DNA of 64,000 bases from an uncultured Candidatus Binatia bacterium (lineage in GTDB: Bacteria > Desulfobacterota > Binatia > UBA9968 > JAJDTQ01): assembly GCA_965215605.1 (NCBI GenBank), contig OZ244070.1, positions 1,664,001 through 1,728,000 on the forward strand. Direction: 5' to 3'. The position numbers were made by a program, and so were the translations under genes. Below the pieces are notes generated by a model. It saw only the letters and a program-made list of their open reading frames with translations. It was not told where the DNA came from and ran no database searches. Every line of letters begins with the position of its first letter. Position 1 is the stretch's first letter. Below, piece by piece: positions 42,193 through 53,172 of this stretch.

Positions 42193-43056
42193 CTACCGGT
42201 CGTCATCCCAGTCGCCCCAGCGACGGCTCCTGGCGTAGGGGTTGGGGTGCGGCAGGATGAAGAACTCCGTCTTCTTGGGCAGCATCCGGCGCGTAAGCAC
42301 GAGCCGGGAATCGGGTTGGCGCGCGACCGGATAGCGGCCGTCGAGGAAAGACGCGAAGTACTCGGCCTGGGCCGGGTCGTCGTAGTGCATGGGCAGCACG
42401 ATGGGCGGTTTGACCTGCTCGATGACCTTGACGAGGTCGCTGAAGCCCAGGTTGTTGCGGGCGTCGATGGGAATCATCATGACGTCCACCCGGCGCAGCA
42501 GTTGCCGCTGCTTCTCCGTGAGCAGGTGGCCGATGTTGCCCAGGTGCGCCAGGCAGAGGCTTCCCATCTCGAAGACGAAGATCGAGTTGGCGATGCGGGT
42601 GAAGTCGTAGTTCCGGGCGCTGGGCAGGTTGACGACCACGATGTCCTTGACCTTCCTGCGCACCGGCTGCCAGCGCTGGTCCAGCGTGATGCCCCTGAGC
42701 ACCAGGGGATTCCCGCGAACCGCCTCGACGTTGTTGTGGGTGTAGTGGCCGTTGCTTACGGTCACCGCGTCGGCGGTGATGCCGGGAGTGACGTCGAAGT
42801 TGGGATCAGCCACCACACGGGTGCCGGTGCCGGACCGGATGGCGAAGCTCGAGTGGCCGAACCAGCGAAGCTGATACTGGCCGAGGCCGACATCCGGCTT
42901 GGGGGCGACGCTGGCCAACGGGCCGACGGCTCGGACCAGGTGGGGACCCGAATGGATGGACCGGACCAGATTGGGATTGCAGATGGCGACGGCGGCTTGT
43001 GCGCCCAGCAGGACCGCCAACCCGAGCACGAAACCCGTTACGCTGCTCCTTGACAT
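42193..43056 (-). CDS. Exported MBL-fold metallo-hydrolase-like protein
   Basis: Signal peptide, WFGHSSF, VVADP, AHLGNIGH, VLPMHY; HxHxDH degenerate (SNGHYTHNN). Confidence 0.8.
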   Translation of the reverse strand: MSRSSVTGFVLGLAVLLGAQAAVAICNPNLVRSIHSGPHLVRAVGPLASVAPKPDVGLGQYQLRWFGHSSFAIRSGTGTRVVADPNFDVTPGITADAVTVSNGHYTHNNVEAVRGNPLVLRGITLDQRWQPVRRKVKDIVVVNLPSARNYDFTRIANSIFVFEMGSLCLAHLGNIGHLLTEKQRQLLRRVDVMMIPIDARNNLGFSDLVKVIEQVKPPIVLPMHYDDPAQAEYFASFLDGRYPVARQPDSRLVLTRRMLPKKTEFFILPHPNPYARSRRWGDWDDDR

Positions 43057-43096
43057 GGCTGTTCCTCCCATGGCCCGCGACCGGCCGCCGCGGGCA

Positions 43097-43471
43097 TCAT
43101 GAGCACGTTTCGCAGGTCCCGTAGAGAGAAAGCTGGTGGGAGGTCACCGTAAAGCCGGTGTCGGGCGAGAGGAGTAGCTCAGCTTCTTCCCTCCGGTGCA
43201 AGGTGACATCATAGACTTTTCCACACGTTTCGCAAATGAAATGTGGGTGCTTGCCGAGGATCGGGTCGAAGTGCTGCGTCCGCTCGATGTTGAGGATCTG
43301 CAGCTTGCCGTCGGCGGCGAGCTTTTGAAGGTTGCGGTAGACCGTGCCGAGGCTGATGTTCGGGATTTTCCTGCGGACCCGTTCGTAGATCTGATCCGCG
43401 GTGGGGTGGGACATCTCGTCTTTCACGGCGTCCCAGATCACTTCGAGCTGTCGTGTCCGTCTCGTGGACAT
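43097..43471 (-). CDS. Fur family regulator (PerR-like)
   Basis: HPTADQIY, ISLGTVYRNL, HPHFICETCG, YGTCETC. Confidence 0.9.
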   Translation of the reverse strand: MSTRRTRQLEVIWDAVKDEMSHPTADQIYERVRRKIPNISLGTVYRNLQKLAADGKLQILNIERTQHFDPILGKHPHFICETCGKVYDVTLHRREEAELLLSPDTGFTVTSHQLSLYGTCETCS

Positions 43472-43501
43472 GGCCGGTCCCCGGCGGCGGTCCGTGGCGA
43501 G

Positions 43502-44074
43502 TTATTCCAGGTCGCCGAGCAGCTCCGCCTTGGTGGCGGCGGTCAACAGAGCCTCCGCGTGATAGTTCTCGTGGTCCACCACGATGGCGGCGTCCCGGTC
43601 GCGCAGCGCTTCGGTTTCGTCCGGGGCAAGACCGAAGGTGATGTACTGCACCGCGCTGATCTTGTCTTCCTTGCTGCGGCCCTCCTCGAAACGGGCGCGG
43701 ATCACGTGATCGGCGCCGATCTTCAGCAAGACCCGCTCGTCGATGCCCAGAAACTTCAACAGCTCGCCGCGCAGGTCGGTCTGGTCCTCGATCTCGAGGA
43801 AGAAGGTCGCCCTGAGCTCTCCGGCATCGGGGATGAGTTCGTTGTAGACGTCGATCTCCTCCCGGATCTTGTCGAGATCGCGGATGCTCTCCGCCCGCAG
43901 CATCTCCTGTATCTGAAAGATCACCGTGGCGCGGTTCTCGAACACGAGGGAGACCTTGTCCCCCACCAACACCCGCCGGCGCTTCTTGAGATCGATGATC
44001 TCGCGCCGGAAGGCGGCGCGTTTCTCCTCGTAGGCGCTGGCGCCGACGATGTCGTTCAGGGTGATCTTGTCCAT
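43502..44074 (-). CDS. DUF3501 family protein
   Basis: [37 protein letters not shown]. Confidence 0.88.
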   Translation of the reverse strand: MDKITLNDIVGASAYEEKRAAFRREIIDLKKRRRVLVGDKVSLVFENRATVIFQIQEMLRAESIRDLDKIREEIDVYNELIPDAGELRATFFLEIEDQTDLRGELLKFLGIDERVLLKIGADHVIRARFEEGRSKEDKISAVQYITFGLAPDETEALRDRDAAIVVDHENYHAEALLTAATKAELLGDLE

Positions 44075-44164
44075 GTTGCGCGGGGAACCCGACCTTGCCG
44101 CCCCGCCCCGCGAGAGATGTCGCGGGTTCGGAGCGGCAAGGTTACGGGCGGCAGGTCCGCCGAA

Positions 44165-44608
44165 TCAACCGGCGTCCGCGGGGTCCTTGCCGGCGACGGC
44201 CTGCAGTCCCTTGTTGAAACGGCCCGCATGGGACTTCTCGGCCTTGGCCAGGGTCTCGAACCACTCGGCCAACTCTTCCAGTCCCTCGTCCCGGGCGGTC
44301 TTGGCGAAGCCGGGGTACATCTCGGTGTACTCGAAGGTCTCGCCTTCCACCGCGGACTTCAGGTTCTTCTCGGTGCTGCCGATGGGAACGCCGGTGCAGG
44401 GGTCGCCGACTTCCTTCAGAAAGTCCAGGTGACCGAACGCATGGCCGGTCTCCGCCTCGGAGGTGTCACGGAAGAGTCCGCCCATATCGGGGTAACCCTC
44501 GATGTCCGCCTGCCGGGCGAAATAGAGATAGCGCCGGTTCGCCTGGGACTCGCCCGCAAAGGCGTTCTTCAGGTTCTCGTGGCTCTTGGTGCCATTGATG
44601 CTTGCCAT
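44165..44608 (-). CDS. Rubrerythrin (short form, no rubredoxin domain)
   Basis: [41 protein letters not shown]. Confidence 0.93.
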   Translation of the reverse strand: MASINGTKSHENLKNAFAGESQANRRYLYFARQADIEGYPDMGGLFRDTSEAETGHAFGHLDFLKEVGDPCTGVPIGSTEKNLKSAVEGETFEYTEMYPGFAKTARDEGLEELAEWFETLAKAEKSHAGRFNKGLQAVAGKDPADAG

Positions 44609-44619
44609 AGGTGCCTCCT

Positions 44620-44643
44620 TATTAGTAATAGTTCTGATTAGTA
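44620..44643. promoter_or_regulatory. AT-rich candidate Fur/PerR operator upstream of rubrerythrin
   Basis: TATTAGTAATAGTTCTGATTAGTA directly upstream of the RBS in GC-rich context; only weakly palindromic. Confidence 0.35.
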
Positions 44644-44774
44644 GCCGAAGCCCGCCCGCAATTCAAGGGCCGGAGACGCCGGCAACGGCCTTCCGCAGTC
44701 CCCACGGGGCGGCAACTGGCCCGCCGCCCGGTGTTTTGCTATCCTGCGGTGAGTTGACTGCCTTCATCCAACCC

Positions 44775-45104
44775 ATGGACGACATGATCACAATCGACGA
44801 TTTCCAGGCGCTGGACCTGCGCATCGGCACGGTCACCAGCGCCGAACCGCACCCCAACGCCGACCGGCTCATGGTGCTCAAGGTGGACCTGGGCTCGGAG
44901 GAACGCCAACTCGTCGCCGGCATCCGCGGCCACTACAGCCCGGAGGAGCTCACGGGCCGGCAACTCGTGGTGGTGGCGAACCTGAAGCCGGCCAGGCTGA
45001 GAGGGGTCGAGAGCCAGGGAATGATCCTGGCCGCATCCACCGACGATCAACTCGTCATTCTGGCCCCGGAGCAACGGATCGCTCCGGGCGCCAAGGTGTC
45101 CTGA
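44775..45104 (+). CDS. tRNA-binding OB-fold protein (CsaA/MetG C-terminal-like)
   Basis: LDLRIGTV..HPNADRL, VANLKPARLRGVESQGMILAA. Confidence 0.9.
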   Translation: MDDMITIDDFQALDLRIGTVTSAEPHPNADRLMVLKVDLGSEERQLVAGIRGHYSPEELTGRQLVVVANLKPARLRGVESQGMILAASTDDQLVILAPEQRIAPGAKVS

Positions 45105-45113
45105 CGCGGCCGC

Positions 45114-46274
45114 GTGTCCCCCCTCACCAAACCCGCGGAAACCTGCTGCCTCGTCGACCTGTCGGCCTTGCGCGCCAACCTGGGCACGGTGCGCCGCATG
45201 GTGGGCCACGGCGTTGAGGTCCTCGCGGTGGTAAAGGCCGACGCTTATGGTCACGGCGACATCGAGACCGCCCGCGCGCTTTGCGACGAGCATGTCCGCC
45301 GTCTTGGCGTCGCCACGGTGGCGGAAGGCACGCGCCTGCGAGAGTCCGGCATCGAGGCGGCCATTGTCGTCTTGGGAAGCATTTTTCCGGACGATACGGC
45401 CACCCTGGTCCGGTATTCCCTGAACCCCGTGGTTCCGAACCTGGACCTCTTGCGGCATCTGGACACCTTCGGCGCCCAACACGGCGTCGATATCCCCTGT
45501 CACCTCAAGCTGGACACCGGAATGGGACGGCTGGGGCTCCCGCCGGCCGCCGTCGAGAAATGGCTGCCCGAGCTGGCGGCGCTCAAAGCGGTGAAGCTCC
45601 AGGGGATCATGTCCCATTTCGCCAGGGCCGAGGAGCCGGAGTCGCCATCGAGCCGCGCACAACTGCGCGCCTTCCGGCAAACGCTGGAACGCATGCGCGC
45701 GGCGGGGCACGGCCCGGCGCCGGCCCACATGGCCAACAGCGCCGCCATCATGGGACTGCCCGAGGCCCGTTTCGACATGGTGCGCCCGGGCGGCATGCTC
45801 TACGGCATCTTTTCCCATCCGCCCTTGGCGGAACGCGTCCGGCTGGCGCCCGCGCTCACCTGGAAGACCCGCGTACTGCAAGTCAAGACGCTTCCGAAGC
45901 ATTCGCCCGTGAGCTACGGCGGAACCTTCGTCACCGGACGCGCGAGCGTCATCGCGACCCTGCCCGTAGGCTACGCGGACGGCTACAAACGGGCTCTTTC
46001 GAACCGCGCCGCGGTGCTGATTCGCGGCCAACGGGCTCCCGTCGTGGGCCGCGTCACCATGGATTTGACAATGGTGGACGTTACCGATATAGCCGGTGTT
46101 CAGCCGGGGGACGAGGTCGTCCTCCTCGGACCACAAGGCCACGAGACCATCTCCGCCGAAGAGATGGCCGGCTGGGCGGACACGATTTCCTACGAGATTC
46201 TCACATCCATCAGTCCGAAGATTCCGCGTTACTACTTCCGAGGGGAGGGACGGGGCACCCGTGGGCAAGATTGA
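45114..46274 (+). CDS. alr: Alanine racemase
   Basis: AVVKADAYGHG, KLDTGMGRLG, PVGYADG, GRVTMD, TISYE. Confidence 0.95.
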   Translation: MSPLTKPAETCCLVDLSALRANLGTVRRMVGHGVEVLAVVKADAYGHGDIETARALCDEHVRRLGVATVAEGTRLRESGIEAAIVVLGSIFPDDTATLVRYSLNPVVPNLDLLRHLDTFGAQHGVDIPCHLKLDTGMGRLGLPPAAVEKWLPELAALKAVKLQGIMSHFARAEEPESPSSRAQLRAFRQTLERMRAAGHGPAPAHMANSAAIMGLPEARFDMVRPGGMLYGIFSHPPLAERVRLAPALTWKTRVLQVKTLPKHSPVSYGGTFVTGRASVIATLPVGYADGYKRALSNRAAVLIRGQRAPVVGRVTMDLTMVDVTDIAGVQPGDEVVLLGPQGHETISAEEMAGWADTISYEILTSISPKIPRYYFRGEGRGTRGQD

Positions 46275-47835
46275 AAGGGCGTTGCTTAGCGTATCCGACA
46301 AAGACAGTATCGTCGATTTCGCCAGGAAATTGGCGGGGTTGAACATCGAGATACTATCCACGGGGGGGACCGCCGCACTGCTGCGGGACAATCACATCGC
46401 CGTGACCGAGGTGGCGGACGTCACCGGGTTCCCGGAGATCATGGACGGCCGGGTCAAGACGCTCCACCCCAAGATCCACGGCGGCATCCTGGCGCTGCGG
46501 GACAAGTCCGAGCATCGCGCCCAGATGGAAGAGCTGGGCATCGGACCCATCGACATGGTGGTGGTGAACCTCTACCCGTTCGAGGCCACCGTGGCGCGGC
46601 AGGCGCCGTTCGACGAGATCATCGAACAGATCGACATCGGCGGCCCCGCCATGATCCGCTCCGCGGCCAAGAACCACCCGCACGTGGCGGTGGTGGTGGA
46701 GCCGTCGGACTACGGGGCGGTGACCGAGGAACTCGCGGCGGGCGGCGGCGAACTGTCGGCGGACACGCGTTTCCGGCTGGCGTGCCGCGCCTTCCACCAC
46801 ACGGCGCGGTACGACGGCGCCATCTCCAACTACCTGGGGCGGCTCGACGACGAGAGGAAGGCGGGAAGGTGGGGCGAGAGGCTCAACATCCAGCTCTCCA
46901 GGCTGCAGGAGTTGCGCTACGGCGAGAACCCGCACCAGAGCGCGGCGTTCTATGCCGACGCGGATTCGACCGGACCGTCCGTGGCCCGGGCCACGCAGGT
47001 CCAGGGCAAGCATCTCTCGTTCAACAACATCCTGGACGCGGACGCCGCCCTCGGCACGGTCATGGACTTCCCCGAGACCGCCGCTGTCGCCATCAAGCAC
47101 ACCAACCCCTGCGGCCTGGCCACCTCCGACGTGTCGCTGGCGGATGCCTTCCGCAAGGCCAAGGCCGGCGACCCCGTGTCCATCTTCGGCGGCGTCATCG
47201 CCCTGAACCGCCCGGTGGACGCGGAGACGGCCGAGGAATTGAAGCAGATCTTCCTGGAAATCGTCATCGCGCCGTCGTTCACGCCCGAAGCACGGGAGAT
47301 CCTGTCCTCGGCCAAGCGCCTGCTGAACATCCGCCTGCTGGAGATCGACATGACCCCCGACAACGACCGGAGCCTGGACCTGCGGCGGGTGCACGGCGGC
47401 GTGCTGGTGCAGGACTGGGACCACAAGCCCATCGACGTGCGGGAGTGCAAGGTGGTCACCGAACGGCAGCCCACCGACGACGAGTGCAAGGCCTTGGGGT
47501 TCGCCTGGCGCGTGTGCCACCACGTGAAGTCCAATGCCATCGTGTTCACGTCGAGCGACCAGTTGCTCGGCGTCGGCGCCGGCCAAATGAGCCGGGTGGA
47601 TTCCGCCCAACTCGCCGTGACCCGGGCGAAAACCCACGGCCTCGACCTCGCGGGCTCCGTGGTGGCCTCCGACGCCTTCTACCCCTTCCGGGACGGCGTG
47701 GACGCGGCCGCCGAGGCGGGGGCGCGCGCGGTCATCCAGCCAGGCGGCTCCATCCGCGACGAAGAGGTCATTGCCGCCGCCGACGAGCACGGCCTCGCCA
47801 TGGTGTTTACCGGCATCCGGCACTTCCGGCACTGA
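46261..47835 (+). CDS. purH: Bifunctional AICAR transformylase/IMP cyclohydrolase
   Basis: [33 protein letters not shown]. Confidence 0.97.
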   Translation: MGKIERALLSVSDKDSIVDFARKLAGLNIEILSTGGTAALLRDNHIAVTEVADVTGFPEIMDGRVKTLHPKIHGGILALRDKSEHRAQMEELGIGPIDMVVVNLYPFEATVARQAPFDEIIEQIDIGGPAMIRSAAKNHPHVAVVVEPSDYGAVTEELAAGGGELSADTRFRLACRAFHHTARYDGAISNYLGRLDDERKAGRWGERLNIQLSRLQELRYGENPHQSAAFYADADSTGPSVARATQVQGKHLSFNNILDADAALGTVMDFPETAAVAIKHTNPCGLATSDVSLADAFRKAKAGDPVSIFGGVIALNRPVDAETAEELKQIFLEIVIAPSFTPEAREILSSAKRLLNIRLLEIDMTPDNDRSLDLRRVHGGVLVQDWDHKPIDVRECKVVTERQPTDDECKALGFAWRVCHHVKSNAIVFTSSDQLLGVGAGQMSRVDSAQLAVTRAKTHGLDLAGSVVASDAFYPFRDGVDAAAEAGARAVIQPGGSIRDEEVIAAADEHGLAMVFTGIRHFRH

Positions 47836-47852
47836 TTGGAGTTGCTGGAACC

Positions 47853-49130
47853 GTGAAGATCCTGGTCATCGGCAGCGGCGGACGGGAACACGCCCTGACG
47901 TGGAAGCTGCGCCAGAGCCCGCAGGTGGAAAAGCTCTACTGCGCGCCCGGCAACGACGGCATGCGCCGGCAGGCGGAACGGGTGGACATCGGCGCCGGCG
48001 AGATCGAGAGGCTGGCAGACTTCGCGGCCCGTGAGGCCATCGACCTGACGGTGGTGGGCCCGGAGCAGCCGCTGGTGTCGGGCATCGCCGACCTGTTCGA
48101 GAGCCGTGGCCTCAAGGTGTTCGGACCCAACCGCGAGGCGGCCCGGCTCGAAGGCAGCAAGGCCTTCGCCAAGGAGCTGATGCTGGAGAACGGCATCCCC
48201 ACCGCGGCCTGCGAGGTGTTCTCGGGAATCGAAGACGCGCGGCGGTATGTTGCGCGCGACCGCCCGTGCGTGGTCAAGGCGGACGGTCTGGCCGCGGGCA
48301 AGGGCGTCATCCTCTGCTCCGGCAAGGCCGAGGCCGAAGCGGCCCTCGACGAGATCATGGGGCGCGGGGTCTTCGGTGAGGCTGGCGAACGGGTCGTCAT
48401 CGAGGAGTTGCTCACGGGCGAGGAAGCGTCTTTCATGGCCCTGATGGACGGCGAGGACTTTCTCCCGCTGGCGTCGGCACAGGACCACAAGCGCATCTTC
48501 GACGGTGACGAGGGTTCCAACACCGGCGGCATGGGCGCCTATTCCCCGGCGCCGGTGGTGGACGCGGCGGTGCATGACGCCGTGGTGGAACAGGTGCTGA
48601 AGCCGCTGGCGTCGGGCCTCAAGCGTCGCGGCCTGGTGTATCGCGGAGTCCTTTACGCCGGGCTCATGATCACCGAGGACGGTCCCAAGGTGCTGGAGTT
48701 CAACGCCCGCTTCGGCGATCCCGAATGCCAGCCCATCATGATGCGCCTGGAAAGCGATCTTCCGACGCTTCTCCGGGCCACCGCCGAAGGCAGGCTCGGA
48801 GAGGTCGCCGCCGAGTGGTCGGATCAGGCGGCGGTCTGCGTGGTGCTGGCGTCCCAAGGCTATCCGGGCCAGTATCAAACGGGCAAGGAAATATCCGGAC
48901 TGGACGAGATCGATTCCTGGCGCGGCGGATACGCGTTTCACGCCGGGACGAAACGCGAGGGAGACCGCTGGCTCACCGGCGGCGGACGCGTGCTGGGGGT
49001 CACCGCGCTGGGCGACACCATCGAGGGGGCCACGGCCCAGGCCTATGACGGCGTGAGCCGGATCTCGTGGGAGGGCATGCACTACCGCCGGGACATCGCC
49101 CACCGCGCGATGAACCGCAGCGCATCCTGA
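47853..49130 (+). CDS. purD: Phosphoribosylamine-glycine ligase
   Basis: [40 protein letters not shown]. Confidence 0.97.
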   Translation: MKILVIGSGGREHALTWKLRQSPQVEKLYCAPGNDGMRRQAERVDIGAGEIERLADFAAREAIDLTVVGPEQPLVSGIADLFESRGLKVFGPNREAARLEGSKAFAKELMLENGIPTAACEVFSGIEDARRYVARDRPCVVKADGLAAGKGVILCSGKAEAEAALDEIMGRGVFGEAGERVVIEELLTGEEASFMALMDGEDFLPLASAQDHKRIFDGDEGSNTGGMGAYSPAPVVDAAVHDAVVEQVLKPLASGLKRRGLVYRGVLYAGLMITEDGPKVLEFNARFGDPECQPIMMRLESDLPTLLRATAEGRLGEVAAEWSDQAAVCVVLASQGYPGQYQTGKEISGLDEIDSWRGGYAFHAGTKREGDRWLTGGGRVLGVTALGDTIEGATAQAYDGVSRISWEGMHYRRDIAHRAMNRSAS

Positions 49131-49145
49131 GGTCCGCCAACGAAC

Positions 49146-49168
49146 GGGGCGCGGTCCAAACCCGCCCC
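49146..49168. repeat. REP-like hairpin
   Basis: GGGGCGCGGTCCAAACCCGCCCC, similar to the copy at 55546. Confidence 0.45.
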
Positions 49169-49234
49169 CGCAACACGACAGGACCGTGCGAGGCGCCTGG
49201 ACGTTCGAACCGAAGCAAGAAGGAGGAGACACAC

Positions 49235-49747
49235 GTGGCGGAGCAGACTCCGAAGGTAGCGATTCTGATGGGCAGCGATTCCGACGTGGAGGTCATGAAG
49301 GAGGCCGCGACGCGGCTGGAGTCCTTCGGCATCCCCTACGAGATGCACATCTCGTCGGCGCACCGTTCGCCGGAACGGACCCACGCCTACGCCAAGGGCG
49401 CGGCGGATCGGGGCATCGAGGCGTTCATCGTCGGCGCCGGCGCCGCGGCCCATCTGGCGGGAGTGGTGGCGGCCGTCACCACGCTGCCGGTGATCGGCGT
49501 GCCGCTGAGCGCGTCGGCGCTGGACGGCATGGACGCGCTGTTGGCGACCGTGCAGATGCCGGCGGGAGTCCCGGTGGCGACCATGGCCATCGGCAAGGGC
49601 GGCGCCGCCAACGCGGGCATCTTCGCGGCCCAGATCATCGCCCGCAAGGACCCGGAGCTGGCGGACAAGCTGGCCCGCTTCAAGGAGGAGCTGGCCACGG
49701 GCGTGGAGGCCCGGGACCGGAAGCTGCAGGACAGCCTGAAGGCGTAG
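49235..49747 (+). CDS. purE: N5-CAIR mutase
   Basis: [33 protein letters not shown]. Confidence 0.97.
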   Translation: MAEQTPKVAILMGSDSDVEVMKEAATRLESFGIPYEMHISSAHRSPERTHAYAKGAADRGIEAFIVGAGAAAHLAGVVAAVTTLPVIGVPLSASALDGMDALLATVQMPAGVPVATMAIGKGGAANAGIFAAQIIARKDPELADKLARFKEELATGVEARDRKLQDSLKA

Positions 49748-49760
49748 ACGGGAACACGCA

Positions 49761-51065
49761 ATGGCCAAGATCTTCCCCTTCCGGGGACTGACCTACGATC
49801 CCGGCAAGGTCGGCGATCTCTCCAGAGTGATGGCGCCGCCCTACGACGTCATCTCTCCCGAGCACCAGGCGGAGCTCTACGAGCGCTCGCCGCGCAACGT
49901 CGTGCGCATCGACTTCAGCCGCGACGCCGATCCCTACGCCACGGTGCCGCAACGCTTCCGGGAGTGGCAGGACGACGGCACGCTGGTGGCGGAGGAGGCC
50001 CCGGCCATCTACTACCTGAGCCAGGAGTACCGGCTGCGGGACGGGGTCACCCGTGAGCGGCGCGGCTTTATCGCGCTGGCCGCCATCGAGGACTTCGGCG
50101 ACGGCGCCATCCACGGGCACGAGGCCACCCTGGCCGAGCCCCGGGAGGACCGGCTGAAGCTGATGCTGGCGTGCGACGCCCAGTTCAGCTCCATCCTGGC
50201 CCTGTACACGGACGACAAGCCCACCCTCACCAACGCGTTGCGCGCGCACACCGGCTCCCGCAAGCCCAAGGTCGAAGCGGAGCTGGGCGAATTCGGCACC
50301 TCCCGGCTGTGGGCGGTCACCGACCCGGGCCTCATCCGCATGGTGCAAGACGCCCTGCGCGAGCGCTCCGTCTTCATCGCCGACGGGCACCACCGCTACG
50401 AGGCCGCCGGCAACTACCGGCGGCGGCGCCTGGCGGAGAGTCCCGGCGCCACCGGCGACGAGGGGTTCAACCGGGTGATGATGTACTTCGCCAACCTGGA
50501 GGAGGAAGGCGTGGTGATCCTGCCCACCCACCGGCTGGTGCGCGCGATGCCTCCCGTGGCCCCGGCGGAGTTGGAGAAGAAACTCCGGCAGTACTTCGAC
50601 GTGGAGGAATACCCCCGAAATCCCGACGGGCGGCGGCGGTTCCTGGAAACCCTCGAACGCCCGAAGGACGGAGAACGCGTGCTAGGCGCCTCTTTCAGGG
50701 ACGACCCCCGTTACCTGGCGTTGCGGCCGAGGGACCCGGAAGCGATGGAGCGGCTGGCGCCGGACATGAGTCCCGAGCTGCGCGGGCTGGACGTCACCAC
50801 CCTGCACGTGCTGCTGATGGAGCACGTCCTCGGGGTGTCCACCCGCGACGCCGTCAACACCGACGCCGTAGCGTACACCCACGACGCGGAAGAGGCGCTG
50901 GCCGAGGCGGAGGCGGGCCGCTGCCAGGCGGCCCTCATCCTCAACCCGCCCGACGCCGGCGAAATGATCGCCGTCTCCCTCAAGGGCGAAAAGATGCCCC
51001 AGAAATCCACCTACTTCTTCCCCAAGCTCGTCACCGGGCTGGTGATCCACAAGGTGGAGGGCTGA
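49761..51065 (+). CDS. DUF1015 family protein
   Basis: [34 protein letters not shown]. Confidence 0.9.
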   Translation: MAKIFPFRGLTYDPGKVGDLSRVMAPPYDVISPEHQAELYERSPRNVVRIDFSRDADPYATVPQRFREWQDDGTLVAEEAPAIYYLSQEYRLRDGVTRERRGFIALAAIEDFGDGAIHGHEATLAEPREDRLKLMLACDAQFSSILALYTDDKPTLTNALRAHTGSRKPKVEAELGEFGTSRLWAVTDPGLIRMVQDALRERSVFIADGHHRYEAAGNYRRRRLAESPGATGDEGFNRVMMYFANLEEEGVVILPTHRLVRAMPPVAPAELEKKLRQYFDVEEYPRNPDGRRRFLETLERPKDGERVLGASFRDDPRYLALRPRDPEAMERLAPDMSPELRGLDVTTLHVLLMEHVLGVSTRDAVNTDAVAYTHDAEEALAEAEAGRCQAALILNPPDAGEMIAVSLKGEKMPQKSTYFFPKLVTGLVIHKVEG

Positions 51066-51079
51066 TAAAGGAACACGGT

Positions 51080-52075
51080 ATGTCCAAGTTGCACCTGACC
51101 CTGGCGTGCGGCGACTACGACCGCACCAAGACGCTGCAGGACGGTTCGCTCAGTCCCGACGGCATCGCCCTCAACTACCTGCCGATGCAGGCCGAGGAGA
51201 TCTTCTGGCGCATGGGACACCACCAGGAATTCCACGCCTCGGAGATGTCGCTGGCCAACTACATTACCATGACCTCCCGGGGCGAGAGCCCGTTCACGGC
51301 CATCCCGGTGTTTCCGTCGCGCTATTTCCGCCACTCCTGCGTGTTCATCAACACCGACCGGGGCCTGGACAAGCCCGAGGACATGCGCGGCAAGCGCATC
51401 GGCGTGCCCGAATACTCCATCACCGCGGCGGTGTGGATCCGCGGCTTCATGAGCGACGATTACGGGGTCAAGGCCGGCGACATGGAGTGGTTCACCGGCG
51501 GCCAGGAAGTCCCGGGACGGAAGGAACGCATGGAGCTCAGGCTGCCGCCGGAGATCAAGGTGCAGCCCATCCCTCAGGACCGCACGCTGAACGACATGCT
51601 GGACAAGGGCGAGATCGACGCCCTCGTGACCGCCCGCATCCCCTCGTGCTTCGCCGCCGGCGCGCCGCACATCCGCCGCCTTTTCCCGGACTTCAAGTCC
51701 GTGGAGATCGACTACTACCGGCGCACGAAGATCTTCCCCATCATGCACACCGTGTGCATCCGCAACGACGTGTTCGAGGCCAACCCTTGGGTGGCCCGAA
51801 GCCTCTACACGGCCTTCTGCCAGTCCAAGGACGACGCCATCGACCGCATGAACATCAACAACACCATGGCCAGCACGCTGCCATGGCTCCAGGCCGAGAT
51901 GGCGCTGCTCCGGGACGTCTTCGGCGACGACTGGTGGCCCTACGGCATCGAGGCCAACCGCCACGTCATCGAGGCGCTGACCCGCTACATGGGCGAACAG
52001 GGCCTGCTGGGCGACAGCATCCCCACGGTGGAAGAGTTGTTCGCGCCGACGCTGATGGGGGACTACAAGCTGTAG
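51080..52075 (+). CDS. 4,5-dihydroxyphthalate decarboxylase-like protein (substrate-binding fold)
   Basis: ACGDYDRT, PVFPSRYFRHS, GVPEYSITAAVW, IFPIMHT, WPYGIEAN. Confidence 0.82.
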   Translation: MSKLHLTLACGDYDRTKTLQDGSLSPDGIALNYLPMQAEEIFWRMGHHQEFHASEMSLANYITMTSRGESPFTAIPVFPSRYFRHSCVFINTDRGLDKPEDMRGKRIGVPEYSITAAVWIRGFMSDDYGVKAGDMEWFTGGQEVPGRKERMELRLPPEIKVQPIPQDRTLNDMLDKGEIDALVTARIPSCFAAGAPHIRRLFPDFKSVEIDYYRRTKIFPIMHTVCIRNDVFEANPWVARSLYTAFCQSKDDAIDRMNINNTMASTLPWLQAEMALLRDVFGDDWWPYGIEANRHVIEALTRYMGEQGLLGDSIPTVEELFAPTLMGDYKL

Positions 52076-52119
52076 CGGGCTTTCCGGGATCCAGATGGCC
52101 CGGGGTGGAGGGGCACGCC

Positions 52120-52539
52120 ATGACTCGCAAGGAGGCCGCATTCATCCGCCAAGCCCGCGTCGGCCATCTGGCCACCGTCGACGGGCAGGGCCAGCCGCTC
52201 AACCTGCCCTTCTGCTTCGCCTTCGACAGCGAGACCCTGTACTCCCCCATCGACGAGAAGCCCAAGACCGCGGCGCCGCCGGAACTGAAGCGGGTGCGGA
52301 ACATCCGCGCCAACCCCCGGGTATCCGTGGCGGTCCACCGCTATGACGACGAAGACTGGTCCCGGCTCGTCCACGTCATCATCCAGGGCGAGGCCGACAT
52401 TCTGACGCACGGAGAAACCCACAAGAAAGCCGTCCGGCTGCTGCGCCGGAAGTACCCGCAGTACCGCGCCATGGCCCTGGACCAACGGCCCATGGTCCGG
52501 ATCCGGGTGGTGCGGTGCATCCGCTGGGGCAGGATCTGA
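52120..52539 (+). CDS. PPOX-class F420-dependent oxidoreductase (TIGR03668-like)
   Basis: ARVGHLAT, IDEKPK, LKRVRNIRANP, EDWSRL, KYPQY. Confidence 0.85.
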   Translation: MTRKEAAFIRQARVGHLATVDGQGQPLNLPFCFAFDSETLYSPIDEKPKTAAPPELKRVRNIRANPRVSVAVHRYDDEDWSRLVHVIIQGEADILTHGETHKKAVRLLRRKYPQYRAMALDQRPMVRIRVVRCIRWGRI

Positions 52540-52542
52540 CGC

Positions 52543-53127
52543 CTACGCCACCTCCTTGATCGACGACACGCCCGTGGCCTTCATCATGCGCTCGATGAAC
52601 GCGTGCACGTGGGTGTATTTCGCGTCGATCTCCCGGTCCAGGGAGGTGTAGAGGTAGTGGAGCTGCGTGTAGATGGAGATGTCGGCCAGGGTCATGCGGC
52701 CGAAGATGAAACCCCTTCCGGAATAGAGCAGGTCCAGGTTCTCCAGGTGGACCGCCAAGTCCTTCTCGGCCTGCTGCACGTCCTCGTCCGTTTTTGCCCT
52801 GCGAAAGCTCATGACGGCGCCGTTGAGGTCTTCGTCGGCCCAGTCCTCCAGCATCAGGCACAATCCCTTGTCCGAGGGATTGTCCGGGTAGACGGTGGGC
52901 TCGGGAACTTTCTCCTCCCAATACTTGGCCAGGATGGTGGAATCCTGAATGCATTGGCCGTCGATGTCCATGGTGGGGACCTTCCGCTGGTTGGAGAATG
53001 CGATCAGCGACTCGCGGTTGTCGGCGCGGACGTCTACCACCTCGTAGGGTACCTTCTTCATGGCGAGGACGACGCGGAGTTTTTCGCAGAACATCGAGTT
53101 TTTGGAGTTGAAGAGCCTTGTTGCCAT
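52543..53127 (-). CDS. Glutathione S-transferase family protein
   Basis: SMFCEKLR, QRKVP, IQDSTIL, TLADIS. Confidence 0.82.
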   Translation of the reverse strand: MATRLFNSKNSMFCEKLRVVLAMKKVPYEVVDVRADNRESLIAFSNQRKVPTMDIDGQCIQDSTILAKYWEEKVPEPTVYPDNPSDKGLCLMLEDWADEDLNGAVMSFRRAKTDEDVQQAEKDLAVHLENLDLLYSGRGFIFGRMTLADISIYTQLHYLYTSLDREIDAKYTHVHAFIERMMKATGVSSIKEVA

Positions 53128-53172
53128 GGTAACGCCTCCTTTTGCCGCCTGGGCGACGGGTAACACTGGTCC

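Noticed and set aside
44620-44643. ATTAGTAAT upstream of rubrerythrin as a third Fic-type site
   Set aside because: Only one arm matches and the 10-10-10 geometry is absent; better explained as a Fur-family box or chance
46096-46260. ZTP riboswitch or N-terminal extension of purH
   Set aside because: The region is alr coding sequence; purH starts at GTG 46261, overlapping alr
50171-52539. Apparent 634-aa and 477-aa fusion ORFs
   Set aside because: Upstream parts are off-frame overlaps of neighbouring genes; real starts with RBS at 51080 and 52120
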